In this document: positions 12,382 to 25,700 of the stretch, in pieces | How positions within the stretch are numbered: position 1 is the first letter of the stretch | Layout: each line of letters begins with the position of its first letter | Origin: Phoronis australis | Taxonomy: Eukaryota > Animalia > Phoronida | Length of the DNA stretch: 64,000 bases | Reading direction: 5' to 3' | Assembly (NCBI GenBank): GCA_002633005.1 | Contig: NMRA01000115.1 | Coordinates: forward strand, 668,899 to 732,898 | Program-made: the position numbers and the translations under genes | The notes under the pieces: model-generated | Databases searched by the model: none | What the model saw: the letters and a program-made list of their open reading frames with translations, nothing else | Told to the model about the DNA's origin: nothing

Positions 12382-15300
12382 ATCTGCGATTTGTTGAAAA
12401 CATAAATTTTCCGCAATACAGACAAAGCGTCGTAAATGTTCTTTCAGTGTCTTGTAATTCCATCTAGAGATATTGTTACTTGGCGAAATGAAATTCGAAT
12501 GCATTAACCATGTCGTTCATGAGTTAGCTTGTTAGCCAATTGCATAACAGATGGACACAAAATTTACACATCAACGTGTCGAGATGTAATGTTGTCTGTG
12601 GTCAACTGTCATCATTTGCTTTGTGGAGATGTGGCTCCATGAAACTTTGAGAGATTACTCTGAAATTTGGTGTAGATAAGGCTGTTGGCCTTGTCGGGTT
12701 TATCGTGTGCTTCTTAATTCAACTTACTTTGAAATTGTTCTTTTATGGATCATTCCTCACTTTCATGTCGACTGACCGGTTGATCAAGTTCATCATCAAT
12801 GCTTTATGAGGATTACTTTGTTGTTAGCGTCATCGTCGTCATGGACATCTTGTGTCATGCTCATTGTCAGGTGACAATATTGACTTTGTTAGTTTTAGGG
12901 CCGGTTTCATGTCTGCAATGTCGTCAATATTTACACCTTCATGATCACTGTATTTCTGGCAGCATTGCCGGTGGCGTGCCATTACCAGCAGTGATGCTGT
13001 GCTCTTCGAGGTCATCCTCTGCATTGTCGTTAGTATAGTCTTCATACACCCCTTTCACTTTCTCAAGTGTTGCTTTAGTCTGCGCAAAGGTGGGTCGCAG
13101 GATTTTCCATCATTTTGCAAGAAATATTTTCAGCTGCTTCAATATACAATATGTTGATGTTTCCTGCATGAAATCGACACCAAGGTAATACTGTACTGAG
13201 TATTTAATTGAATCCCACTATTTACAAAATAAATAAAAATTTCAACTTATATCTATACAGTGCGAAAACAGATATCAAAACATAGTTGCTGATATACTGG
13301 TAGGAACATTTGTCAACATTTGTTAGCTTCATTAAGGCCAGTCACCAGCGAGTGAAGAGTGGAGATCATACATACATACATACTGACAATAAAACTAGCA
13401 TTAAGTTGGATCCAACCGGACCAAGATTTCATACACGTATGACGAAACTGAATGGTAGAGACTATTAGTCATTTACTGGGGTCCGTCATTTTGAGAACCA
13501 ATTTCCTCCATTATTTATTGGGCATCACTTCTTAAAATCCGGAGCCCCTATGACTTGCCGCGCCAAATGCATGTACTAATACAACCATATCACTAAACTT
13601 TATCCAAGTTACTAGATGTGAAAACCTGACTTATGGATGTCTCCCTTAAGTGAGTTACTGTATAATTTCATAACCCCCAACACGGCCTCTTTTCAATCTC
13701 CCAACATTCTAGCCTCTAGAGTGCCTTGGCCACTTAACCCCTGGCCTGTCACATGACTGGGGGATCCTTTTTGCTAATGCAAGGCACACTAGTGTGATTA
13801 CGTTTCACTTAGAATGCATGGTGATATCTTGCCAAAACACACGATTTTGCTTTTCGTGCAAGAACCTTGTTCAGCAGAACCCAGCTCACTTGCATAGCTA
13901 CCTTAAGAGTTCCCTGCAGCATTTGTTATTGCATAGTGAATGTACGATAATATGAAAATATACATATGTCCCCTGAATACAGAATGTTTGTTGCATTTTG
14001 TGACAAAAACTATTAGTACCTTGCTAGTCAAGAAAACTAATCTATACGTACCGGAGAATAAGACTCGTTACCAGTAAACACATACAAACAAACACACACA
14101 TGCACTCCTGTGCATGATCAAACAAGGTAAGAATCACAATTTGAAGGCATTTCAGGTCAATTTGGTATATTTTACTTAACCAGATAGTTTCAACTTTTTT
14201 TACTTATCTTTCATGAAAACAAACCTGTCAATTCTTCAAACCAGAAGTTGAACACTGTAAGCAAGTTCCACAAAGCAAACAACAGGTGTCCCAGCTGCTG
14301 AATAGTTATCATAAGTTTTATAATACTCGGTTCTAGTATCATTGCTCAAGTCAAACAGCAAATATAGAGGAACTGGCATTGAAAATGGGAAAGCTTCACG
14401 ACAAGTCAGAATGCATAAGTGAGAATTCAGCTGACTTAGATCAGCTGACATGTTTGGAACGTGCAGCACACTTCTGCTTTGAGGAATTGCTAGTTTATTC
14501 ATTTTACAGAAATCCATTAAAAATTCAAAATGTTTGTTCACTAATTAAAATTGCCAAACTGACCAGATGCACCTTCAAAAAGGTTACGCTTCCCTTTGAC
14601 ATCTTTTATTGCTGAAGTTATTTTTGTGGGGTGGGGTACGATTCAGTCTTACAGGCACTTCTGTCATCTTTGTTTCACCTGAGCATTGGTTCTTGCAGCT
14701 TTTCTAAGTTAAATCCTAATACCTACGTTGACTAATTTTCATTGATGAAACTGAATGGCTCACTATATGTTGTGGTTATATTAACATTTCCATTTCCATT
14801 CAAACACTACTGCCCAGGTACAAATTCCCAACCAGGCTCTGTTTGCCCACATGGCAAAAATGTTGCTTCAAATGTGTTAAATGCGTACAATATGCTACAA
14901 ACAAAATATCAGGATCATGTGTTTTCATAGAACAGGATCCTGTTTCATGAAACTATTCTTGTTTTCACAACTAAAGAAGATTCTGTAACTGTCTTGATTC
15001 ATCATAACTTAAAATTATATTTTATTTCAATACTGGGCAATAGTCGTATGTAACGTGCCCTTACTTTGAAAATTAGTTTGATACCTGTCATTCAGTGGAG
15101 AAAACTGGTTCTCAAAATGCGGGCACGTTACGTCCGATTATTACCAAACACTCAACAGCACATCATCTGTTCCTTCTGAAACATAGACCCTGAGATGTCA
15201 TATTTTACACTAACTTCTACTATCCACTGAATAATCTCTAGAGAATTGAACAATTCCCAATCATGTGCAACAAAAGCAGCCTAGCCATACCACCAACAGA

Positions 15301-16074
15301 GGGACATCAATAAATACACCACACTTCCCCATTCACTAGAATAAACCGACTAAGGAGAACCGTTATTTCATTGATACAAGTCAACTCACACTTCACAATC
15401 AAATCAATCTCACCACACCATTGAACTCCATCTAAACTCCCACTGATTGAAAACTCCCACTGATTGAAAATTTCAAATTCTCAAAACATGTGAATTCTTT
15501 TTTCCAGACGTTCTTACGAAATGTTTAGCTTCAATCATAATTCAATTTCAATAAACCAAATCTGGGCTAAATGCTATGAAAACTTATGATACTGAAATGT
15601 TAACTAATAGAAAAACGTATATGACGGTGATGTTAAATTATTAAGCTGATGTTTTCAAAATGAAACAAAAATAGTGAAACCATTCACCAAAAAAAGCTTC
15701 TAGATTTTAAAGTCATTTCAGAAAGAGACCCCTGGAAATCCACTGAAAAACAGACAGGGAAACTAACCCATCAAATGAAACCCAAACGCTTTCATATTTC
15801 TCTATTTCACACATACGATATGCACAACAGAAAATCTAATTTGAGCAACTTAAAAAAACAACTCCCAACAGAAAAACATAACTCTGGAATTTGTACTACG
15901 GTCAAAAACCGGAATCCTGCAGCGTTGATAAGCAGTCGTACCCCTGGGCGAGATACCCTTATTAACAATGGTATGAGATCAAGAGTTTGAGGTATACTAT
16001 TTAAGTCCTGTGCCGTGTTCCCTGTAACAGCATTTTCCTTTTGAGAAAGAGATCATCGACTTGTGCAAGGCAAA

Positions 16075-16644
16075 TTACAGACAGAAGGCGCTGGCTGTTT
16101 GCTCGAGATCCTGAAAGTAACCAACAAGAGCTCAATACAATTTACAGTTGCAAGCAACAGTAAAAACAACATGAACATGAACACGAAAATGAATATTGAT
16201 GAAGATAAAAATAGACATGCCACACATTTATGCCTAATTTAATTGCATATTATCGGAATTACCACTAGTAACTGAATTTTATCAAAAACCTGCTCCACCC
16301 ATAAATCACTTTTTCTGTGCGAGAAATGGTTGCCTTTGCCCACAGACCACAAACTATAACCCCGTTTACAAAATGGTGTTAGCACATGAGTGCATATTAA
16401 CACCGGAGCGTATGTTTACGTATGGTATTTTTGCCACATCAACGCAAATACACTCAAGTATAAAGCTACAATCAGGTGTATAATTAGTATTACACCATCT
16501 CCAGAGGTCCTGTAAATGTAAATTTACACACATTACATATAACTATTTCTGTGATCTCATCTCTTCTTAAACCAACACAACTTCCCTTTAAACGCCCAAA
16601 TGTCCTCTGTTGTCATACATGGTTTGATATGGGATATTATTGAA

Positions 16645-16715
<71 letters not shown>

Positions 16716-19700
16716 TGAAACTTCCACGGCTTTTCGTGCCAAGGTTTTAATGTATGCATGCACCATCTCTAAGAGGTGCAACAGTCATATGCATAACTTC
16801 ATCAAGACAATTCAATTTTTTGATTCTCTTTTTGCAAAAGTTCGCTGTTCACGTTGAACGCTGAATTTCCAAAAGTCATCGCATCATGAACGCGACCCGG
16901 CCAAGCCATCTCGTGTTTATATCGTTCATATACAATCAGAGTCAGTAATCACACATCAAACACTAGAGCCATGTTGTTGGCACAAAAATTGTGATTAACA
17001 TTTCGAACACGATTGTTGATATGCGACTTCCATTGGTACCACTACCAGACCGCCGCAATAAGGAAATCCCCAAGGTGATAAGGCCTTATGAAAATTTTGT
17101 GCAGAATGACCTATCGAGTAATCAGCTGTGATTGAGCTGATTTCATGTAATGCATTGAGACCAGAAAAACATGTGCTTTCGTAACTTCGCCAGGTCACCA
17201 ACAGCGTAATTACCAAATCCTGTAAGCATCCATTACCACTTGCCTCTAACCTGACGTGTGGTTTACTTATTGGTTTGTTATACATTGGAGTAATACTTGG
17301 CAAAATGAGTAGACCCATAGACCTTTTGAACGGGATCTGCCATTAGGCAAGTTTCAAACCACCTTTCATGTTTGAACTTTTAATTTTGCCACCAATCCAT
17401 CGATCGTTCGTAATATATCCATACTGGCCACTTGTGAGGTAATTACGAAAGCAATCCTATGGGGATCGATACCCGAGCCTCAGAACTACACAGATACAAG
17501 GCAATTGTTCTAGAATGATCTTCTCTTTACTTATCAAACGTTGCTTGTGTCGACTGCTCTTGTTTTTCATTTCCTACATACAAATGCGATGTAAATTTAC
17601 TTTTACACCGGGTGTAGATTGGCATATGGTATATATTTATGTATGGGTGTAAAAGTGCTGCATATAAACAGGTCTTATGACAAACAAAATGAAGCACTTG
17701 GGTGGTACTTGAAGTCTACGAACACACCAATCTGCCATTCAGCTGACAGACGTTCAAAATCCTTTAACGTAACCAATCTCAGGCACGTGTAATAGCGAAA
17801 ATAGCCAAACAAATTCAGCCTTGGAGATTTTGTTAAAACTAGCCTCTTTTAGAAAAATGGCATGTACAGAGCAATGCATGGTACCCGTTTGGATACCTGG
17901 AGTGGTTAAAAAGGTCGGTGGTAATGATATCCAGCCAAGAAGTCTCATCTGGGCAGTTTGCCACACAAATCATATTATAAGGAAAATATCTGTTGATAGT
18001 ATGCTGGAAAAGCAAAACATTTGGCAAATATATGCCCTGAACTGAAAGATACCTTTCATAGATACACTACCCAAGGAAATGAGCTTACCTTAACCAATTG
18101 TGTCTTTTCCTGCTCTCTCCTGTGATGGTATATACAGTGGCCGAAGCTACTATACAATCGCTCCAGCTGATCAATACTGGCATTTCTTGTCTTCACCACA
18201 ACTCGATCCAAGATGGTCACTAGACGAGATCGAAGTTTGTCCGTATCACAATTGATCGGGGACACCGCCGTGGCTTGCGGCTGCTCACCCCCAGTAAACA
18301 CAGAGCTCAGTCTACTGGCAAAGCCGCGCACCGGTGTTTGCTCACGCACCGGTGTCTGCTCACGCACAGGCGTGACCTCTCGCTCAAGATTAGGTGTGCT
18401 TGAGCAGCGCTGGTGCTCACCAGACATGCAAGTCACGTCCTCTCCCTGGTCCCTATTCATTCGCTCAACGTCCACGTCCTCATCGTCACCCGCACCACTC
18501 TCATCGCCGCTCTCCGCATTCGCCGCCACAGAAGCACGAGGCCGCTTGCGCCGACGGCTGCCGAACCACAAGCCTCTGCGCCGCGGCTTCTTTTTTGGCG
18601 TTGCCTCACGATTTACTTCCTTCTCGTGACTAGACACGTTCTTCTCCTTCTTTGCCTGTGTGCCATTCACTGTTGGAGTTGTAGACACCTCGATACCACG
18701 CACTCGTCGGCTGTAGCGCACAGCATTGTCTGGGATTGGAGGTGGCACGTGATGCCCTGCTGCCCCTGAGTGATTGTTCGTGGTGCCATCTAACATTGCA
18801 TTCGTATAGATAAAGTCAGGCGCAGACTTCCGTGGTGTTTCACCTAGAAATAAATCAGGCCTGTATTATTGAATGGTATTCACACACTTGATGTAAGATA
18901 AAAATGTAATTAACGAAAAATACTACCACATACTTTTTTTTCTGGGCTCAGGGTCTAATCTCTCAACTCGAGACTAAGAACGTAACCAATCATAATAGTG
19001 CATGATTCGAGTAAAAACCTGCAAGTTTCAAGCTTTTAAGCAGAACTAATTTTAAACTAGAAGAATAAAGTAGGAACTGTGAGGGCAAAAGTAGGTCAAG
19101 AACACGGAGTAGTTTTTGTCCAGTGATGCTCATCCCGTACAAGTCGACAGTACAGCACACATACGCTGCTGCAAACAAGCATATCAGTTCTCTACTTGAT
19201 GGTGATTATGTGGCATAAGCAACAGTCATTTCAGGTTCCACGGTTTTAGAAAACAATAGACGTGACCACAACATATACTTAGTGACCTTTCAAAGAAGTA
19301 GGCAAAAGGGAAATAACAACACACCTATCGAGCTAATCGACTCGCGTGAATTTCAGAATAAGGAAGTCAAAACAGTGACTGTATTTTTGTCTTAGACTAA
19401 GTCAACTAAATGCAGGAGGCCAGAACGAGGCTATCTGAAAACTTTACCATGACTTACTCTTGAGGCTTAGGAGGCAGTGTGGCCTGGTTGATAAGTGCCT
19501 GCTTTCTTTACTCGAGGTCGTGGGTTCGAGTCCCACCATGTCACACTGCTAAACCCTTGAGCCAGGTTTCTAGCTCCTCAGCTCGGTTTTAACCACATAT
19601 TAATAAAGCATAAAAAAAGTATTTCCAGGTGATCAGTGCAATGCGCCCACATGCGAGGCCTGCGCACGACTGGTACAACGTGTATCAGACCGCCTGCAAT

Positions 19701-22700
19701 TATTTGTTATTTTTTTTATACTCTTGAGGCACATTCTCTCTCAGAAACTGAAGTTGATATCAGAACTTAATAAACTCAATTATTTTGTACCACCCATTAT
19801 CTACATTCAAAATTCACATACAAACAGCTTGTCACAAGTATTACTGGCGCCAACACTTAACCACACCTTTCCAGATTTTCTATGCTAATGTTATTCAGTA
19901 ATTAATTGGACATACCACGGCGTTTCCTTGATTCAACTATTTCCTTGCACATCTGTTCAAAGTCAGGGTCGAGTTCGTTGTCTATGATGGCGGCTGCCGT
20001 ATCTTTAAGAGCGCAAGCACGATGACGGATAGCACGACCTTTAGACAAACACGTGAAAAATACTAACTCTGGGAGTAAAAGTGGGCACTTTTCCAACAGG
20101 TGTCACTCGTGACCTAGCAGGAGCAAGCGCACAATGTACATGGCCCTGAGATACATCCTGAACATTTTAACACTAGCACACACTGCATATAGTTGCGTTC
20201 AATATGGCTACTAGGTTTCATTAAACTTAACTGCCAACCATACCAATAAAGAGTGAAATTATCCAGCTTAGCAACATTATCTGTTTCAACAGATGTACTT
20301 CAATCAATGGCCAACCATTCTGCACCAATAATGTACTGTCATCACGTTCCTCATTTCAGCAGGGCAATACGCCCATCTAGAGATGGGGGTCATTCCCCTT
20401 GCAAAAGAGGCCCTAATCACCTATGCATTGAACTTTTTGAAAAATAATTGACTTTTAACTTAGACTACTTACCACATGAAACTTATCTCAACTTACTCAA
20501 AGTTTTGTGGGTTTGGGAAGAACTGTTATTACAAGAAACCAAGTTTAACCAAGCGGGAAATTTCATGCGTCATGTCAGTTCCTATCAACTCCAGAAATCA
20601 TTTCCAGTCCGATCAACAAACTAAGGCGGATAAGCAATATCTTTGTTATTAAGCATTTTCTGGTGAAAACTACGCAAAACATTCTGTAATCAGTAAAACA
20701 ATTCAGATCAAATTAAACTAATCACAGGAGCAATAGTTTCCATGCAGACTTCTGACAAATGAAACCACCAGCATTTCTCTCCAATCTGTAGAGTATTAGT
20801 GGTTGCTCTGTCGCTTTCTTACCAGTCGCATCCTTGGCTGGATTATACTCCAACGCGTTTTCACTGATCTTCTGTATATCTGTCATGAACTCCGCCACTG
20901 ACTGGTACCGGTGTTCATCAATGTTGGACATCATCGTGCCCAGGTCCATAGGTTCATTGATGATATCATAGTAGTCGGGGGCCTGGAATGAAACACAGGT
21001 AACTTTAGGGCCTCCGTTCTGTGCAATGCTGGGGCTTGGGCCCAGTATTCAATCCCCATTCAAATATTAAGAGCAAGCAAAAAATTGTCTAGTAACTGAG
21101 AACAAGCTAGGAAAGAATTTGGGACTGCACACTTGGTTGTACATGTTTCCTGTGTTTCGACATTTAATGTAGCTTTGCATGACATGATACAAAATCCATG
21201 GGAGTAGAAACAATAAGTGCACAGTACTGTGCTATAATCTGTTTTATTATTACAAAAATCTACATTGACTACAGCAAGTCTTATCCAAAATGTGCCCACA
21301 TACATGTACATGGGCCCATAAAAATATCTGAATCACCATGATATAAGAGTGACATCAGAAGTCCAACTCACATCCTCGGCATCTACGGGCTTGGTGAAGA
21401 TATTGAACTTGCGGTCGCGTGCCAGCTTGTTGAGCACACTGCGCAGGAAGAGGCGCAGCTCTCGCAATGTTCCCTCTTCCTGCTTCCACAGCTTTTGTGA
21501 CTCCAGCTCCGTAAGTTTGCGCGGCTGGGCTGGAGGGGCTCGTGGTAACACCTCAAGGGCGTGCACTGAAAAGATGCCACCCGATTGATATCACCCCTTA
21601 CCCGTGGCTTTACAGACAATAAAAGAGTGGATCGATGGCTAAAGATTTTTGTTTGTAACACAAATTAAGTCTACTAAGCAATGCTAAATTACTAAAATAT
21701 GATTAGTTAACTCTGATCACAACTGCTGCAGTAGCCTTTAAAATTTTCAGCCGAAATCAGATAAAACTTTTTCAGCAGATATTTTCGTCAAATATTGTGG
21801 AATTTTTCTTTGAACTCGACAGCAAATCGTTCACTATCTTGTTCTAAAACAAGAAACACAAATCCACTTACCTTTCTTCTTCTTGTCAGTGGGTGGTTTC
21901 AGAGACTGATTCAGCAGGAGATCAGAGAAGTATTCTCGACGCTCGCGGTCAGTTGGTCGACATACAGTGAACACCTCTCCAGCTGAGGTAGAGAACAGCT
22001 CCCGCACACGTTCCGGCAGGTGGGCATGGTCCGTGTCACAGGTAGCCAATAGGAGCAGTGGTGACGTAGGATCGAGATCATTGAGCATGGTGAGGAAGGT
22101 GGCGCGCAATGTGTCGCCAATGACGTCCCACCAGGAGCTTATGTGGGGCACATAGATGACGCTGGGGCACGTGCGACGGGCCTCGCGGAATACCTTGAAC
22201 AGATTATTAAGTCAAAATAATCACTAAATAGACATTGTAGGAATACATGTCTAAAATCCACTTTTGTCTTAGTTCTGCCAGTAGCTAACAGAATCTCCCA
22301 CAATCTAAAAATGGAAATTCACATCAAGTCCTGAGAACATTGCTAATGAACAATTCCTAGAAAATCGAGAGCGGTGACACTTATTAACCCCCCGTTCCCA
22401 CTTGATGACCCCCACATTCGAGCAATAAATGCAAGAAAAATTTGAGATTAAGAGTAAAAAGTTGAATGTATAAGTGCTGGGGACATCTAGTGTAAAATAG
22501 TATTAGACCGTTCGTCACGTAAGCAATTATGTAGTCAAGCATAGAATAATACACGTCTTTTGAGTTGGCACCAAAGTACAATACAAAACAACGGAGATGA
22601 CTGGATAACGTGAGTATTACCTGAGCACACGATTCCTCGGGAGTCTTAGCGCTAACTGCAAACAGTGCAGGGAGGTCGAGCACATGCACAGGGAACATCT

Positions 22701-25700
22701 CTAGGTAGTGTAGGAGGGCAGGGGCCAGGTGTGTGCTCTGGCCCAGGCTGGGCTGCCCAGCAACAAGGAGGCGCGGCCGATTGGAAGATGGGGCTTGATA
22801 GGCCCCGCTGAAAATGACACTTTCACTTCAAAAAAGTGTTATCCACAAAAATGCCATCCTTTGGCATAAGACCATCTCTACAGACACACTACCACAAAAA
22901 ACTTCAAAAGCCTGAGGCATAGTGCATAGTGAGGCGTGGAAAAAGTTAAGAATGTGAATAAGAACACCATGCATAGACAAGAACTGATAATTTTTTTCTG
23001 AACTATTGAATTTCATAGTTCAGGTTCTGTTAAAAGGATACCAAACCTGGTTTTGGCCTACAAACAGATATTAAAAACACATTCCCACTCAGTTTTAAGA
23101 AACAAAATAAATTTATGCAACCTTCGACTATCCTCATAAGCTTGGAGCAAACTTTGAAAACTCCTCACAAAGTCTGCTAAACGGGCAAGTGTGACCTACG
23201 CTTTAATCGACTTAAATGACAACTGTAGGAAAGAACACCCACCGAGAACCAAAATAACAATTCTGTGACATGGAGAGTATGTGTTTTTAGTTGAATCTTG
23301 CTTTTATCACTCAAGTGTAACGCCAGTGATGGTTTAACAGGTGACGAAACGAGAATTGGTTGAAATAAAAAAGTAGGAATTAGTATCCTTTTCATTTGTA
23401 CTGTTAAAATTATGCTTTCTGTTCCATTTGGCTATGTGAAAGTAGGCATAAACATTAAGATGCGTTCCTGTTACTACCTGTGGAAGTCCATGTACGGTCT
23501 GGCTAGTGTCACGTCCGCTTGCCGACGAGAGCGACCGTTGTCAAATATGCTCGGCCCTGTGTCACCATCGCTGTACTCGTCTTCAGAAACATCCAAGTTA
23601 CAAATACCTTGACATGTAAGTAACATAAACGATCAACAGAAATGAACCAAGAAACAGTAGGCTATCATTAAACCAAAAGTCAGCAACTCACCAGCACAGA
23701 AATGGCAAATTTCAATCACTTTAAAATTTCAAGGTTCCAAGAAAAACGCGAACCTTACATTTCTTAAAAAGACACTGATAAATAACTGCATCTCTCGAGC
23801 TATCTGGAGGCCAAGAGAGAAGCAAATCACCCTGTAATCTCGTTGTCCATCAGGCACATTTTTTCCTGACATACTACTGACATTTGTAATTAGTAAACAT
23901 CCTACCTGGTCCGTCTTTGAGACCCTTGCCCTCCACCTGTTGTGCCACTACAGGGAATGTCTTCTTCAGCATCTCCACAGCCTTTGACAATGAGTTTGCC
24001 ATCAGCGGTTGTACGGTTGCGGCAAGTGCCCGCCCAGGAGCCACGACAGCACGCTGAGACGCTGGTACTATTGTGCGCATGGCACGGTGAAAGTCCCAGG
24101 CACTCACACGGATGGAGTTGGCATCTAGCTGTAGTTTGTCGTTTGATTGGTAGATCTGAGGGTAGCGCCGTTTCAGCGCATTCAATGCTGCCTCGGTGCA
24201 CAACGCTTTGATGTCAGCACCGCAGTAACCTGGTAACATGGAAGCAGAGGAATACACTCAAGCCGAACACAATAAATACTTTGGCGGGCTGTAAAAGGGT
24301 GGTGCTTAACTATAGGATGGGAATATAGGTCACCTTAAATACAATGAATGCTTTGGCAGTTTTAAAAGGGCAGCATTTAACTAGTGACTGAGTTTTCTGC
24401 ATTCTTATCTATTTCAGTATGAAAAGCACATCAAATAAAGATAACAACTTGATACAGATATAAAACAAACATTTCTTGAAGACCCCACAATCACACGATG
24501 AATAAAACTTTACTGGATGAACAAGACTCTACATTCTGCACATCAAAAATGTAGAACTTTGTTCTGTAGAAGCAAGGAGCCTATGAAATCACTAGAACGT
24601 GAATGTCTTCATGAGATATCGTCAAGCATTACATGGAAAGTACGTAATCACATTAGCTTTCCTCGTCCAGTTTAGCCCGTGTGTATCTCAGCACCACCTG
24701 CACCCACTGCGAGACTCACCCACACATTTGTCAGCTACCTCCTTTATAAAACCATCAGCAAGCTTTGGCTTCCAGTCTTTAGTGTGGATGGTCAGAATCT
24801 GCTTTCTAGCCTGAAACACAGCATTTTAAATGCACCTTCTGACAGTGGCCACTTCCAAATGTTACGTTTTCAGAAAAAAAAAAACGCTCTCTCTACCTTG
24901 AAAGTTCATATTATGGAAGCGGACTTAAAGAGTTTTCCCATTTGTTTGGCATTAAAACTACAGAATTCATATTCTGGATAAATCTGTGCACCACCACCAG
25001 TCAACTGAATTGTAGACCACTTAATGAGATAAGTGGAAACATCGCCATTCTCGTCATCCAGGGAAAATGTCTAGCGCAAATGGAGCCAGGGTTTGTATGC
25101 ATTTTGTAAAATGTCAACAGCTAAGGAATTGGTGGCAACCACGATGGAGCGGGGGAAGTTCCACCACCTAAAAACAATTTCCTCTCAGAAGGCACAAGTA
25201 GCTTTCTTTCTTATCAGGTGAGAGAGAGAGAGCCTTGGCACCATAATTCACAAACAGAATGTGACATCGTTTTTCCTCTTATAATTTTACATACAACTTT
25301 TATGGAAACAGAACATTCAATCTAAGCCATGTAGTTTAATTTCCATCATGAAATTTAATCTCCACCATGCAATTCAATCTGTCACAGAGTTCAATCTCTG
25401 TCACAATTTCCAACTAGGATTTCAATCTCCACCACAGAATTAAACTTTTCTGCTGTGGAAGTTAATCTCCGTAACAAATTCAATCACCGTACTGGAACTA
25501 GTTCTCTGTAACTGAGTTCAATCTCTGTCACAGAGTTCGATTTCTGTCACAACATTTGCACTCCGTCAGGGAATTCAATCTCCATCACAAAATTCAATAT
25601 ACAACACAGAGTGCAATTTCCCATCATGCAATGCAGTGTCCCTCAACGCCCCGACCCTTACAGTGTCCGTCAACGCCCCGCCATTAACACAATCGACTCA

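Noticed and set aside
16557-16857. Poly-Ser and poly-Leu ORFs
   Set aside because: Produced by the CTG microsatellite.
18213-18769. Plus-strand ORFs of 79-138 aa
   Set aside because: Antisense shadows of the GC-rich ATAD2 exon 20.
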